Origin: a virus
Taxonomy: Duplodnaviria > Caudoviricetes
IMG/VR virus record: IMGVR_UViG_3300020379_000227
Location: 1-38,645 of that record
Direction: 5' to 3' (one strand)
DNA length: 38,645 nucleotides
The notes below the pieces were generated by a model. It had not been told where the DNA came from. It made no database searches and worked only from the letters and a program-made list of their open reading frames with translations. Both the position numbers and the translations under genes were made by a program. How positions within the stretch are numbered: position 1 is the stretch's first letter; every line of letters begins with the position of its first letter. Positions 16,112 through 25,407 of this stretch are shown piece by piece.

Positions 16112-16293
16112 ATCAATTCCTTGAGTGATTTGTGGGCATTATCCTTCATTGCTTCTACTTTTTTATCAATATCTTTAACTTCTTTAGAAGATAGTGTTTG
16201 ATTCACTATATTTTCTGCTTGATTAGCAGTTAATTCAGTAAACTTTGATGCAATCATATTTTTAACTAGGTTCAACAATATCGCTTCCATCAC
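16102..16293 (-). CDS. Hypothetical protein in lysis region
   Basis: Overlaps both neighbours; amphipathic N-terminus. Confidence 0.65.
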   Translation of the reverse strand: MMEAILLNLVKNMIASKFTELTANQAENIVNQTLSSKEVKDIDKKVEAMKDNAHKSLKELIWG

Positions 16294-16594
16294 TTCCTTT
16301 CTTTGGGGGTGGATCAGAGTTAATTATTGGTTCATGATCAGTCTCAAACCAATGCTTACCTAACATACCTATAATTGGTAGAAAAGCACCAAAAGCTAGG
16401 TTAATTAGATCTTTTGAAGATTGTGCAAGTTCGTCAGGTTTGTTAATCATAGTAATTACTAACCAACCAAACAAACTAAACGCTAATAGACTAATAAGAA
16501 ATCTTGCCCAAAACCTAAGTTTCTGCATAGCAACATTAGGGTCATTTTGTTTAGCACCATTCCTTACAGTCTTCTTTTCGTGAATCTCTTCCAT
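16262..16594 (-). CDS. Two-TM membrane protein, holin candidate
   Basis: Hydrophobic segments FLISLLAFSLFGWLVITMI and LINLAFGAFLPIIGML; near endolysin. Confidence 0.65.
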   Translation of the reverse strand: MEEIHEKKTVRNGAKQNDPNVAMQKLRFWARFLISLLAFSLFGWLVITMINKPDELAQSSKDLINLAFGAFLPIIGMLGKHWFETDHEPIINSDPPPKKGSDGSDIVEPS

Positions 16595-16785
16595 TAGTTT
16601 ACTTTTGCTTCTGTTTTTAATTCTAAATCATCTATTTGATCTGCTATATCTCTAATGATCTTTATAGCATTGAACCAATGACTAGCTTTACTTGTCTGCT
16701 TATAGTGGAGGATTTCCTCTGCAAATAAATTAAATTTTATTTCAATAGAAGAAGTTAATTCCTCTGGGGTAGGATCTGGGGTCAC
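16594..16785 (-). CDS. Hypothetical protein
   Basis: Start/stop overlaps with both neighbours. Confidence 0.65.
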   Translation of the reverse strand: MTPDPTPEELTSSIEIKFNLFAEEILHYKQTSKASHWFNAIKIIRDIADQIDDLELKTEAKVN

Positions 16786-17123
16786 TTAGATTTAAGAGTA
16801 AGTTCTCTCATAGCTTGGGTATTTTGTTCTAGTGCTATTTTCATAGACATAATAGCATCAGAAGACCTTTCTACTAGTTGCATTATTTTATCATCATTCT
16901 CAGCATCTTTAGCCCAAAATTGTTCTCGTTCTTTTCTTCCTTGATCCGTTGTATATTTAATAAACCAAAAACTAGCTATAATTACACACGCTGGTATACC
17001 TAGTTCCATTATTACATTACTTAAAGCACTTAATTCTGGCATTGTTTCTACTACTGTTTGAGGATAATAATAATATTGAGAATCAGCAGGATTAGGAAAC
17101 TCAGGGAAGTTATGGTGATCCAT
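16782..17123 (-). CDS. Single-TM plus coiled-coil protein, holin-like candidate
   Basis: LGIPACVIIASFWFI followed by a heptad-rich tail. Confidence 0.6.
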   Translation of the reverse strand: MDHHNFPEFPNPADSQYYYYPQTVVETMPELSALSNVIMELGIPACVIIASFWFIKYTTDQGRKEREQFWAKDAENDDKIMQLVERSSDAIMSMKIALEQNTQAMRELTLKSK

Positions 17124-17428
17124 TACGGCTTCGGATACTTGTCTTTTACTGCTTTGATCTTAGCTTTCCACCCATCCATGTCCCAGTAAATCTGATCAAG
17201 CTGGTCAGGAATTGGGTCGTAAGCTAAGGCTCGTTCACGTTGGTATTGTTTGACATCGTAATCTGCTTGAAGTTCTTTTATCTTTGCTTCAATTTCAGAA
17301 CGAGATGGTTGTTTTCTTTCATCTTGCCAAAATATTCTATCCCAAGAATTATCCTCAACATATAGTTTTGCATCAGGTATTAATGCTCTAATTCCATCAA
17401 AAATACTGATTTCTTTTTTTGTAATCAT
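17123..17428 (-). CDS. Tail fibre chaperone-like protein (XkdW-like)
   Basis: I.W.D...PS..EI..K..EL, YQRER...Y..I.DQLD.IY, W...I.AVK.KYPKP. Confidence 0.7.
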   Translation of the reverse strand: MITKKEISIFDGIRALIPDAKLYVEDNSWDRIFWQDERKQPSRSEIEAKIKELQADYDVKQYQRERALAYDPIPDQLDQIYWDMDGWKAKIKAVKDKYPKP

Positions 17429-18009
17429 GTCGCTATTTCCTGAACTATAAGTGTTGTAATTCCTGTTTCTTCATTCGCCCTAATTTCACTTCTATTAATG
17501 TAAGCACCTCCTCTGATAAAAGCCCCCATAGTTATTTGAGTATCTTTGGCATAACTTGTTACAATAAGATCAGAGGCCGTATAATTCATTACTGTGTAAG
17601 CCTCAAGAGATGCACTTTTCACTACTGCATCTAAAGTAAGCTGAAAACCATTAGTTTGACCAGCAGTACCTGGAGCTCTGTTATCTGTTGGTAAATAATT
17701 ACTTGAGCTATTAGTTGCTGAAGTTCCAGTTTGTAATGTAATTGTTACTTGGAGATTATCATCATCACCATGTCCCCCTGCCGATGTATTAAACCAATAT
17801 GCTAATTTTGAATTTGCTTTTTTTGTTGTAAAAGTGATTTCACAAACTTTTACTTCAGCACTTGCTTCTGTTTGAGAAGGGTAATTATCTCTAACTGTTT
17901 GTAGTACCATTCCGGCAGGGAAGGTCAGGTTACTTAGTGTCCCTGAATTAAGGTAAGTTGTTACTCCATCGGCTGACTTTAGTTGGTCGGCTTGTATGAT
18001 ACTAGGCAT
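17425..18009 (-). CDS. Short tail fibre/adhesin-like protein
   Basis: MPSIIQAD.L, PAG.VLQTV, ITFT.K..NSK, C-terminal TLIVQEIA. Confidence 0.65.
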   Translation of the reverse strand: MPSIIQADQLKSADGVTTYLNSGTLSNLTFPAGMVLQTVRDNYPSQTEASAEVKVCEITFTTKKANSKLAYWFNTSAGGHGDDDNLQVTITLQTGTSATNSSSNYLPTDNRAPGTAGQTNGFQLTLDAVVKSASLEAYTVMNYTASDLIVTSYAKDTQITMGAFIRGGAYINRSEIRANEETGITTLIVQEIAT

Positions 18010-18014
18010 GATTT

Positions 18015-18248
18015 TTATTCTGGTTTATTGGGCCATTCAACCCCTGTTAGATTTTCTTTTTCATTTATTGACGGAGTAGTATTAGCAGGCAAATCACGCA
18101 AGGCTTGTCGGTAATTTTGCCATTCTGTTTTTTTATCATCAGTTAATTGGCAGTCAGGCATTTGTGTCCAATCAGACAAAAAAAGAAGGTTGTTTCTTTC
18201 TTGTATAAACTTAACTTCAGCAAATTCTTTTTTAGCTTTTTCGTTCAT
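18015..18248 (-). CDS. Tail fibre assembly chaperone
   Basis: RN.LL..SDWTQ.PD, W..YRQALRDLP, WP.KP. Confidence 0.85.
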   Translation of the reverse strand: MNEKAKKEFAEVKFIQERNNLLFLSDWTQMPDCQLTDDKKTEWQNYRQALRDLPANTTPSINEKENLTGVEWPNKPE

Positions 18249-18251
18249 AAT

Positions 18252-18848
18252 TTATCCGATTAAACAACCTGTAAAAAATGAGTGGTTTAAATTATCCATA
18301 TAAAGATCTCGTGAATCGCCGGTTTCATTGTAAATAGAAATCCTTCTATTGGCAGTAAGGTATGAAAGGGCTGACATTGTAATAAGCTTTCCTCCATCCC
18401 AACTTTGCTGAGCTCTTGACAAAACTACACCATTACTATCAGAAGTATCATGGCTGTAAATTCTAAAATCATAACGTTGAGTACCCGAATGATAAGTGTA
18501 AAGTTGTACATGAAACAAATAAACACCAGCAACAGGAGTGAGAAAAAAATAATTGCTGGTATCAAAATTTCCGCCGTGATTACGAACTTCATCGTTAAAA
18601 GGTACTCTAGATCCGTTTCCTACTGCGGTAGATTGGCCTTGATTTCCATCTACAACAAAATGAGGTCTTGCAGAGTCAATAACATAACCAGCAGAACTTA
18701 TTGAAATAGCATCTAGATCACTTGCACTTCCAATGTTACCACCATCACCAATAATTACACTATTATCTTTAAGTTTTACTCCATCAATACTAACACCATT
18801 AGCAGATGTAACTTCAGATATAGTATTTGCTTTTATTTCAGAACTCAT
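18252..18848 (-). CDS. C1q/TNF-like domain tail adhesin
   Basis: VPFN.E..N.GGNFDTSNY.F.TPVAGVY.F, C-terminal F.G.LIG. Confidence 0.8.
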   Translation of the reverse strand: MSSEIKANTISEVTSANGVSIDGVKLKDNSVIIGDGGNIGSASDLDAISISSAGYVIDSARPHFVVDGNQGQSTAVGNGSRVPFNDEVRNHGGNFDTSNYFFLTPVAGVYLFHVQLYTYHSGTQRYDFRIYSHDTSDSNGVVLSRAQQSWDGGKLITMSALSYLTANRRISIYNETGDSRDLYMDNLNHSFFTGCLIG

Positions 18849-19174
18849 GATGGTAATTCTTGTTTATTTTTTCCTGCTTCTTCATTACGCTGTTGTGCTG
18901 TTTTAACCCAACCTCTTGTAAAAGCGTCAGCAACTATTAGTTCCCTAGTGGCAGGGATCTGAACACCTTCGTCTAACGCACGTTTAGTGTAAATATCTAC
19001 AATTTCATCAATAGCAATTCTGCACCTATTATGTACTGCATTATCTGCCCAATCTTCTGGAGATACAGATGCGTATTCTAACCCTTTGTATTGGGTATCA
19101 TTTAATTCTATTGCAATTTTTTTCATTTTATTTTTTCCATAAATTAGCCTAATAAAAAAACTGAAAAGCAACAA
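18845..19174 (-). CDS. Hypothetical tail-associated protein
   Basis: Follows a C1q gene; likely start at internal MKKIAIEL (19126). Confidence 0.7.
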   Translation of the reverse strand: MLLFSFFIRLIYGKNKMKKIAIELNDTQYKGLEYASVSPEDWADNAVHNRCRIAIDEIVDIYTKRALDEGVQIPATRELIVADAFTRGWVKTAQQRNEEAGKNKQELPS

Positions 19175-19815
19175 TATTCTGTAGATGTATCTGGGTGTGT
19201 ATAACTTGTAGTCCTTCCCGCACCAACAGTATCTCCAGCAGACAAATAACGTGCATAATTGATGGTATTATTTGCGTGTTTTAAGTTTGTAATATATGAT
19301 GACCAACCGTATATGTCAGCAGCTCCATTTTTTACAAGATAAAGCCCTAGATACCCATCTGAACTTTTATAACCGCTAAATATACCAACGTAATATACAC
19401 CTGATATAGGAGCAGTAAACAGCCCTGTAGTGTTGTTAAAATGATTGCCGTTGTTAGTCTCAACTGAATCGTACGTCAATACACTGCTTGCGGTAGTACT
19501 ATTGTACCCACGACAAAAAACGTGAGGGTTATTAGGTTTTAAAACATACCCATGTTCAGTAATCCCCAATAGTTTTGTAGATCCAGTATAAACTGAAAAC
19601 TGTCCACTATTTAAATCGGTTGTGTCTGGTGCTGTTCCGCTTTGTGAATCACTTATTGCTGAGTCAATTCCTTTAACAGTAAACGTATGTGATGTTGATT
19701 TTACATTTAGTTCTGAATCCGCAGTCGTTACTTTTCCTGTGCTACTAATAGAAATAGCATCAGTATCACTTGCTGATCCTATTGTCCCACCATCGGGGAT
19801 TACGATGTTGCTCAT
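19144..19815 (-). CDS. C1q/TNF-like domain tail adhesin
   Basis: N.GNHFNNTTGLFTAPISGVYY, L.AGDTV, C-terminal FS.FLLG. Confidence 0.8.
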   Translation of the reverse strand: MSNIVIPDGGTIGSASDTDAISISSTGKVTTADSELNVKSTSHTFTVKGIDSAISDSQSGTAPDTTDLNSGQFSVYTGSTKLLGITEHGYVLKPNNPHVFCRGYNSTTASSVLTYDSVETNNGNHFNNTTGLFTAPISGVYYVGIFSGYKSSDGYLGLYLVKNGAADIYGWSSYITNLKHANNTINYARYLSAGDTVGAGRTTSYTHPDTSTEYCCFSVFLLG

Positions 19816-20444
19816 ACGATCACCAGAGTTCCCAAAACAGTTAAAGATGCATTAACATCTAATACATCTATTGTGTTCCCCATTCCATTTCCATGTACAC
19901 TACAGTAGTATCTTAAACTTGCAGGGGCATTAGAAGGTACAGTAAAAATAACTTTTCTATCTCCAGAGGATCTACCAGCATTAAAATTTGTAATATTGTA
20001 GTAATTTGTTTGTGTAGCAGATGCTCCATTTAATTCATAGGTAATCCCTGTTGTGTAACTATTTCCGCTACCATCTTTAAATGCTAAAGGATGCCCATCA
20101 TTACTACTATTAGTTTGATCAAATGTATAGGTACTTCCTTTGTATAATTGTAATATTGGGGTTCTATCACCTTCTATAGCAAAAAAATTACCATTATCAG
20201 AAATAACAGTAACATCATACTCAACATTTTCTATTCCTATTGAATAAGGTCCTGCAATAACAGTATTCTCGTTTTTTCCTACTGTTACATTAGCAAACAA
20301 AGAACTTTTTGTTCTAACAATGCCTTGCTGATTACTTATCCCACTAGAATCAATTTTAGATATTGTATTAGATCCAGCACGTACTTCTAGTATATCTTTA
20401 GTAGTTTGTTGTATACCTGTGTCTACTGCACCTTGTTTCTTCAT
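19812..20444 (-). CDS. Tail-region protein with cupredoxin-like domain
   Basis: L.KGSTYTFDQ..SSN.GHPL.F ... VPSNAP..L.YYCSVH..GMG. Confidence 0.7.
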   Translation of the reverse strand: MKKQGAVDTGIQQTTKDILEVRAGSNTISKIDSSGISNQQGIVRTKSSLFANVTVGKNENTVIAGPYSIGIENVEYDVTVISDNGNFFAIEGDRTPILQLYKGSTYTFDQTNSSNDGHPLAFKDGSGNSYTTGITYELNGASATQTNYYNITNFNAGRSSGDRKVIFTVPSNAPASLRYYCSVHGNGMGNTIDVLDVNASLTVLGTLVIV

Positions 20445-20800
20445 TATGCGTTCTCCAATACAGAAACAATAATATCCGCTTTAGTATCAATACTGCATCG
20501 TGCGTGTATCTTTGTAGTGTCAGAGTCAATTACAATTTTACCATCAACTAATTCAACATTTCCACCAGATGGAATTGCAACATTTTTAGCTATGTAAGTT
20601 ACTGTGTTCCCAGAACTATCAATAAGACCAAAATCTACTGTTACTGTTGCTGTGTGTATATTTGCTATATTACACCCAATAAGGACATGACCTTTGTTTG
20701 ATGTTAAAGCAGTTAAAGTTCCTACTAATGTATTTGCCGTATCATGAGCAGAAAAAGCATCATTTTTTAGGTTTCTTTTTTTATTTACAAATTTAGCCAT
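20444..20800 (-). CDS. Tail-associated beta-sandwich protein
   Basis: IG..IANI....TVD, IAKNV.IP.G, D..VSVLE; directly after the fibre gene. Confidence 0.7.
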   Translation of the reverse strand: MAKFVNKKRNLKNDAFSAHDTANTLVGTLTALTSNKGHVLIGCNIANIHTATVTVDFGLIDSSGNTVTYIAKNVAIPSGGNVELVDGKIVIDSDTTKIHARCSIDTKADIIVSVLENA

Positions 20801-20803
20801 AGG

Positions 20804-21745
20804 TCATCCGAGGGCAATACTGAACACAATTGAGTTAGATAAAGCATTTGCTTCTGTTGTTGCATCTTGTGTATCTGCATAAGTTATAGATGCTAACCCT
20901 GCTTCAGTAGGGGTTTGGTTTATATATTTAGAACTACTACTATCGTAAGCTATAATATCGTTATCAGCTATAGACGTAATATCTACATCTTGTAATTTAT
21001 CTAATTGATTTACTGTTCCTGTTGATGAATCTACATAAGTTTTTATAGCTTTAGCAGAAGCCAAAGTATCATCGTTGTTTGATGTAGAACTTAAATCTGT
21101 ATCTATAGCACTACCAGAAACACCAGTATTTAAAACAGGGGATGTAATAACTGGTCCTGTTAATGTCCCTAAACTAGCAGTATCAACATAGTTTTTAGTA
21201 GCAACATCATTACTGTTTGTAGGATTAGCTACACCAAAGATCCTTTTATCTACACCAGAAATCTGTACGTTGAATTGGGTAGTGTCATTGGCATCCAAAC
21301 TAATAGACTCATCTGCTCTGTCTACTGCTTCTAATGACAGGAAACGTGCTTGGTTAGCAGAGGTATTAAGGTCCGTATCGGTAAGAACAGAGTCAGAACT
21401 AAAAGATACTTCAGCAGTTGTTCTATTGGTTAATCTAGCAATCCTCATTACCTGACTAGTAGATAATGTAGGTACTCCGCTACTTACAATTCCTGTAATA
21501 TTAACACTTGTAAGAATAGTAATAGTACCACCACTACTTGAACCAGAAACAGTATACTCAGCACTCTGGACAGACCCAGTATCATCTGGAAGTCTTGTGC
21601 CTGTGTTATACTTCCTTACACCATCGAAAAGATGTTTACCACCAATCGTTACTTTAATGTTGGTAGTGTCATGACTAACTGCATCAAAGCTATAGGCATA
21701 AGCAGTACCATTAGCAGTAGTATGTTCTTGGTAGGATAAAGCCAT
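20804..21745 (-). CDS. Tail fibre adaptor/short fibre (T7 gp17 N-terminal-like)
   Basis: gp17 position; V.F...SVL..TDLN....Q..F...EA.D; NPT..ND.ATKNYVD; ends SIALG. Confidence 0.85.
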   Translation of the reverse strand: MALSYQEHTTANGTAYAYSFDAVSHDTTNIKVTIGGKHLFDGVRKYNTGTRLPDDTGSVQSAEYTVSGSSSGGTITILTSVNITGIVSSGVPTLSTSQVMRIARLTNRTTAEVSFSSDSVLTDTDLNTSANQARFLSLEAVDRADESISLDANDTTQFNVQISGVDKRIFGVANPTNSNDVATKNYVDTASLGTLTGPVITSPVLNTGVSGSAIDTDLSSTSNNDDTLASAKAIKTYVDSSTGTVNQLDKLQDVDITSIADNDIIAYDSSSSKYINQTPTEAGLASITYADTQDATTEANALSNSIVFSIALG

Positions 21746-24700
21746 TATCTAAGGAATGCTGGATTGGTTCTTGAAGGTCTTTGTAATCGTTGGATGTCTA
21801 GTTGTTTAAATTCTTGTTGCTTTCTAAATAATTCTGGATACCTCGCAATTAATTCTTGTTTTGCTAAATCTTTATTTTTTCTTAATTGATTCTGTAATAT
21901 TGCTCTCTGTGTTCCTTCTGGTAAATCTTTAAAATACTTTTCACTTATCATTGGTTCCAAATATTTTTTATTCAAATCACCAGCAGTTTTTGCCCAGAAA
22001 TGACGTTGTTCATTATTAAGAGCAATACTGTGTGTACCAAATTTTCCTCTTAATTGTATAGTTTTCCATAATGATGGTGGTGTTGATCTAACACCTAACT
22101 CTACAATTTTATTGATTAACTTAGATTTTTGTTTTGGACTTTTAGGTATTGGTGACACAAGTGATTGTGCCATGTGAAAGAATCTACCAGATCCAGTATT
22201 ACCTAGAGTAGAAGACTTTACTGGTTCACCAACATAATTTAATTTAGGGTATAATTTACCACTAAAGTTTTTAGGAGTAATACCTTTAAGACTAGGAATG
22301 ATACCCAGACCATCAATTATGTCAGGATTTCTGTTATAAAAATCTTCATACATAGAAGTAAGTAAATCAGCAGATCCAGTTTGTTCTCTTATCATTTTTG
22401 TTCCTCTAGCAACATCACCTCTTAGACCGCTATAAAAGGAAACAATAGGATTGTACGCAGTATAAAGTCTTTTTTCTGCATCCTTTTTATTCATAGGATC
22501 ACCAGAAAAGATAGACATAATTTCAGCAAAACCTTTTAGCATTGCTTTGTCCTGCATCAGTTCCATCATTTGATAAACAAACTGAGCCTTCAGAACATCA
22601 TATTTACTATTTACAAGTTCTGATTCTTGCTGAGTAAAGTATTGAGGATCATTAAAAATCCTCCCTAAATTATACATATCAGCACCGAAACCCAACATGG
22701 TTCCTATGGGGTCAAGCCTGTTAAAAGGTATGTACCCAGCTTCTATAGGTATCCCAAGTATATTCATTTTAGGTACAACAAAAGCATAAGGAGTCCCACC
22801 TTTTGACAATACATTTCTTCTAAGGTTAATGTCTTCTGGTAAAGACCCTGTTATTAATCCTGCATCTGCTAATAAATAAGCAGAAGAATACATTGCCGTT
22901 CCAGTTGCTAATTTTGCTACTGCTAATTGTTGATTCTTTAATCCATTCTTTCTAAATAAATCTTCTCTTGAATTTTTAAATAACATATTTGCACCCAAAG
23001 TTCTTTCCCCTGAGAATCTAAGGATGTTCACAATGGTATTAAAGAAAGGTATGTATATCTGACCTAAACCTAGAGGCATTTGCTCTCTAAACCTATTTGC
23101 TGTTTTTACTAATGGATTAGATTGTGGAGTAGCAAATACTGCTTCTAATGTCGCTTTTTGTGCTTCTACATCAATGTTCTCTAAATCCTGAAATTGTCTC
23201 ATTTCTTCAGGAGTCATCCCCATGATTTGCTTATATGCCTTGTGGAATTTATTTGTATCTCCAGACGATACTTTCCTTGCATAAACATAGGCTTGTGAGG
23301 ATTGTTCTGCACGATAAGCAAGTGATCTAAAAAACTCATCACTACTTAACAGAAACCTAGAAGGCAACCTTGATACATGACCTAAATTGTCAATAAAAGA
23401 ACCTACTAATCCAGAAGGATTGATATAGTCAGCAAAGTTTTCAGCAGTAATTACGTTCCTTTGTACAAACTCTTGCTTAACAAAACTACTGTCAGAAGGA
23501 GCATCTTTTTTAAATGCTTCTTTTGCCATTTGCCATGCTTCTGAAAAATACACCTTATTAAAACCTTGTACCATTCCTGCTACTTCTACTGCTTGCATCC
23601 CTGCTTCATCAGAATTACTAAAAGTGTCGTTTAACCTTCTAGCTATTCTTTTTTCTGCATTAGTAAAAGCTAAAGCTATTCCGTTACCAAAAGAATTAGC
23701 AACTGTACTGTCTATACCACTAAGTAAACCATTAATGTATATTTGTCTTAATGATTGACCAACCTTACCAATAAGAGTAGGTGCATAACCTTTAGATATT
23801 TCATTGATAATTCTTATTTTATTAGGGTCATCTTTAATTTTATCAATCCTATCTATTTCTCTTTGCAATGCACCTTCAGGATCAATTTGATCCATAAAAA
23901 ATTTTGCTTGGAAATCTTTAGCAGTTTGGCTAGAACCAGTCATTTGAAACATTCTACCAACTCTACCCCACTCACTTTTAATACCTTTAACTTGTGCTAC
24001 TATACCAGCTTGTCTAGCTTTAGCATTCTGGTACATCATGTAAGTACGTTGTAAACCATAACCATCACTATTATCTACATCTGGATGTATTCTTCTTTGT
24101 TTTAAATAACTTTGTATTTCAAATATCTGCTTTACCCCTGCTTCCATTAATGTGATAACTGCTCTAGCTTCTGATGTCAGTCCGTTCATTTTTTTGTACA
24201 ACGGATTAACTAGATCCAAATCTGATCCTGTGTTCTTAGCTAGATTATAAATTATTTCATCTGCTCTTTTCTTTGTAGTTCCCCAAGTTAATCCACCTTC
24301 GTACCTTGGTTTACCAGTTCTAGAGTCTATTATTGTTTCTGTAGCACCAGTACCTTCTCTACCTTTTAACAATAAATCGTCATATCCCTTAGATAATGAC
24401 AGTAGCGTATTTTTCAAACTGTCATCATCTGTAATACCATTTAACAATCTACCGATAGATTTAGGATCTTCGTCCAACCAATTAAGATCATCTATTTCCC
24501 TGTCTTTTATCTCTTTTATCTCTTCTGGAGTAAAAGTTTTAAATATCTCTGGTTGTGTTTCTACATCCTTCTTTTGAAACAAAGAATCTATTTGTTGAGA
24601 GAATCCTTCTTCTTCTGGTGTAGTCTCTTTTAATAATGGTTCATCTGGTAATGTCTCACCTTCATCCAATAATCCTTCTTCTACTTGCCTTCTAGTTCGG

Positions 24701-25401
24701 TGCATTCCTTTTTTGACCCAACGCAATGAACTTAAAATTCCACCAAATGCTAATCCTAACCCTGCACCTTCTATTGAATTCTTTAACCTACCTACAAACT
24801 CATTATCTTTCTCTTCATCATCCATAGGGGCCGATAACCATTTAGTAATGGGATCATTTAAATCACCATATTCTCTCATAAAATTAGCCAACCTAGGATC
24901 ATTTGCACCAAAAGCACTAAAATCTGCTACACCTCCACTTACCAATGATCTAAGAACAGGATTTTTTAATTTTTGCAATTTTGGTATAGTTGCTAATCCT
25001 CTAGCTATTGCTATTCCAGGAATTAAACCAGAACCAAATTGACTCATACCTCTTATAAAACCACCTACACCCGTTTCTGGTGCATCAGTAGTATTAATTT
25101 TACCATCAACTACTAAATCAAAACCACCAACGGATACATTAGGTAAAGAAACATCAAGACCAGAAGCCCAATTAAGGAAGGTTCCCATTTCATTAAGACC
25201 ATCGATAAACCCTCCAGCAACTTGTCCAACAGTTTCTCCCAATATTGAATTTTCATCTTCACCAGTTTGTACAGTATTGAAATAAGGACTTTGTATATCG
25301 GGGCTGATTGTTTCTGTGTATTTATTTTGAAAATCGCTATAAGAATCTGGTTGGCTTAAATTATCTAAGAAACTATCAGCAATTGGAGTAGAAGTAGTCA
25401 T
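21745..25401 (-). CDS. Internal virion protein D (T7 gp16-like)
   Basis: 1218 aa helical protein in gp16 position; SRFLLSSDEFF, PFFNT..NI, RLDP.G. Confidence 0.8.
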   Translation of the reverse strand: MTTSTPIADSFLDNLSQPDSYSDFQNKYTETISPDIQSPYFNTVQTGEDENSILGETVGQVAGGFIDGLNEMGTFLNWASGLDVSLPNVSVGGFDLVVDGKINTTDAPETGVGGFIRGMSQFGSGLIPGIAIARGLATIPKLQKLKNPVLRSLVSGGVADFSAFGANDPRLANFMREYGDLNDPITKWLSAPMDDEEKDNEFVGRLKNSIEGAGLGLAFGGILSSLRWVKKGMHRTRRQVEEGLLDEGETLPDEPLLKETTPEEEGFSQQIDSLFQKKDVETQPEIFKTFTPEEIKEIKDREIDDLNWLDEDPKSIGRLLNGITDDDSLKNTLLSLSKGYDDLLLKGREGTGATETIIDSRTGKPRYEGGLTWGTTKKRADEIIYNLAKNTGSDLDLVNPLYKKMNGLTSEARAVITLMEAGVKQIFEIQSYLKQRRIHPDVDNSDGYGLQRTYMMYQNAKARQAGIVAQVKGIKSEWGRVGRMFQMTGSSQTAKDFQAKFFMDQIDPEGALQREIDRIDKIKDDPNKIRIINEISKGYAPTLIGKVGQSLRQIYINGLLSGIDSTVANSFGNGIALAFTNAEKRIARRLNDTFSNSDEAGMQAVEVAGMVQGFNKVYFSEAWQMAKEAFKKDAPSDSSFVKQEFVQRNVITAENFADYINPSGLVGSFIDNLGHVSRLPSRFLLSSDEFFRSLAYRAEQSSQAYVYARKVSSGDTNKFHKAYKQIMGMTPEEMRQFQDLENIDVEAQKATLEAVFATPQSNPLVKTANRFREQMPLGLGQIYIPFFNTIVNILRFSGERTLGANMLFKNSREDLFRKNGLKNQQLAVAKLATGTAMYSSAYLLADAGLITGSLPEDINLRRNVLSKGGTPYAFVVPKMNILGIPIEAGYIPFNRLDPIGTMLGFGADMYNLGRIFNDPQYFTQQESELVNSKYDVLKAQFVYQMMELMQDKAMLKGFAEIMSIFSGDPMNKKDAEKRLYTAYNPIVSFYSGLRGDVARGTKMIREQTGSADLLTSMYEDFYNRNPDIIDGLGIIPSLKGITPKNFSGKLYPKLNYVGEPVKSSTLGNTGSGRFFHMAQSLVSPIPKSPKQKSKLINKIVELGVRSTPPSLWKTIQLRGKFGTHSIALNNEQRHFWAKTAGDLNKKYLEPMISEKYFKDLPEGTQRAILQNQLRKNKDLAKQELIARYPELFRKQQEFKQLDIQRLQRPSRTNPAFLR

Positions 25402-25407
25402 TAATTT

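Noticed and set aside
17123-19815. Shufflon or diversity-generating retroelement acting on adhesins
   Set aside because: All modules are co-oriented, no inverted crossover sites, no reverse transcriptase, and no adenine-specific template/variable repeat pair.
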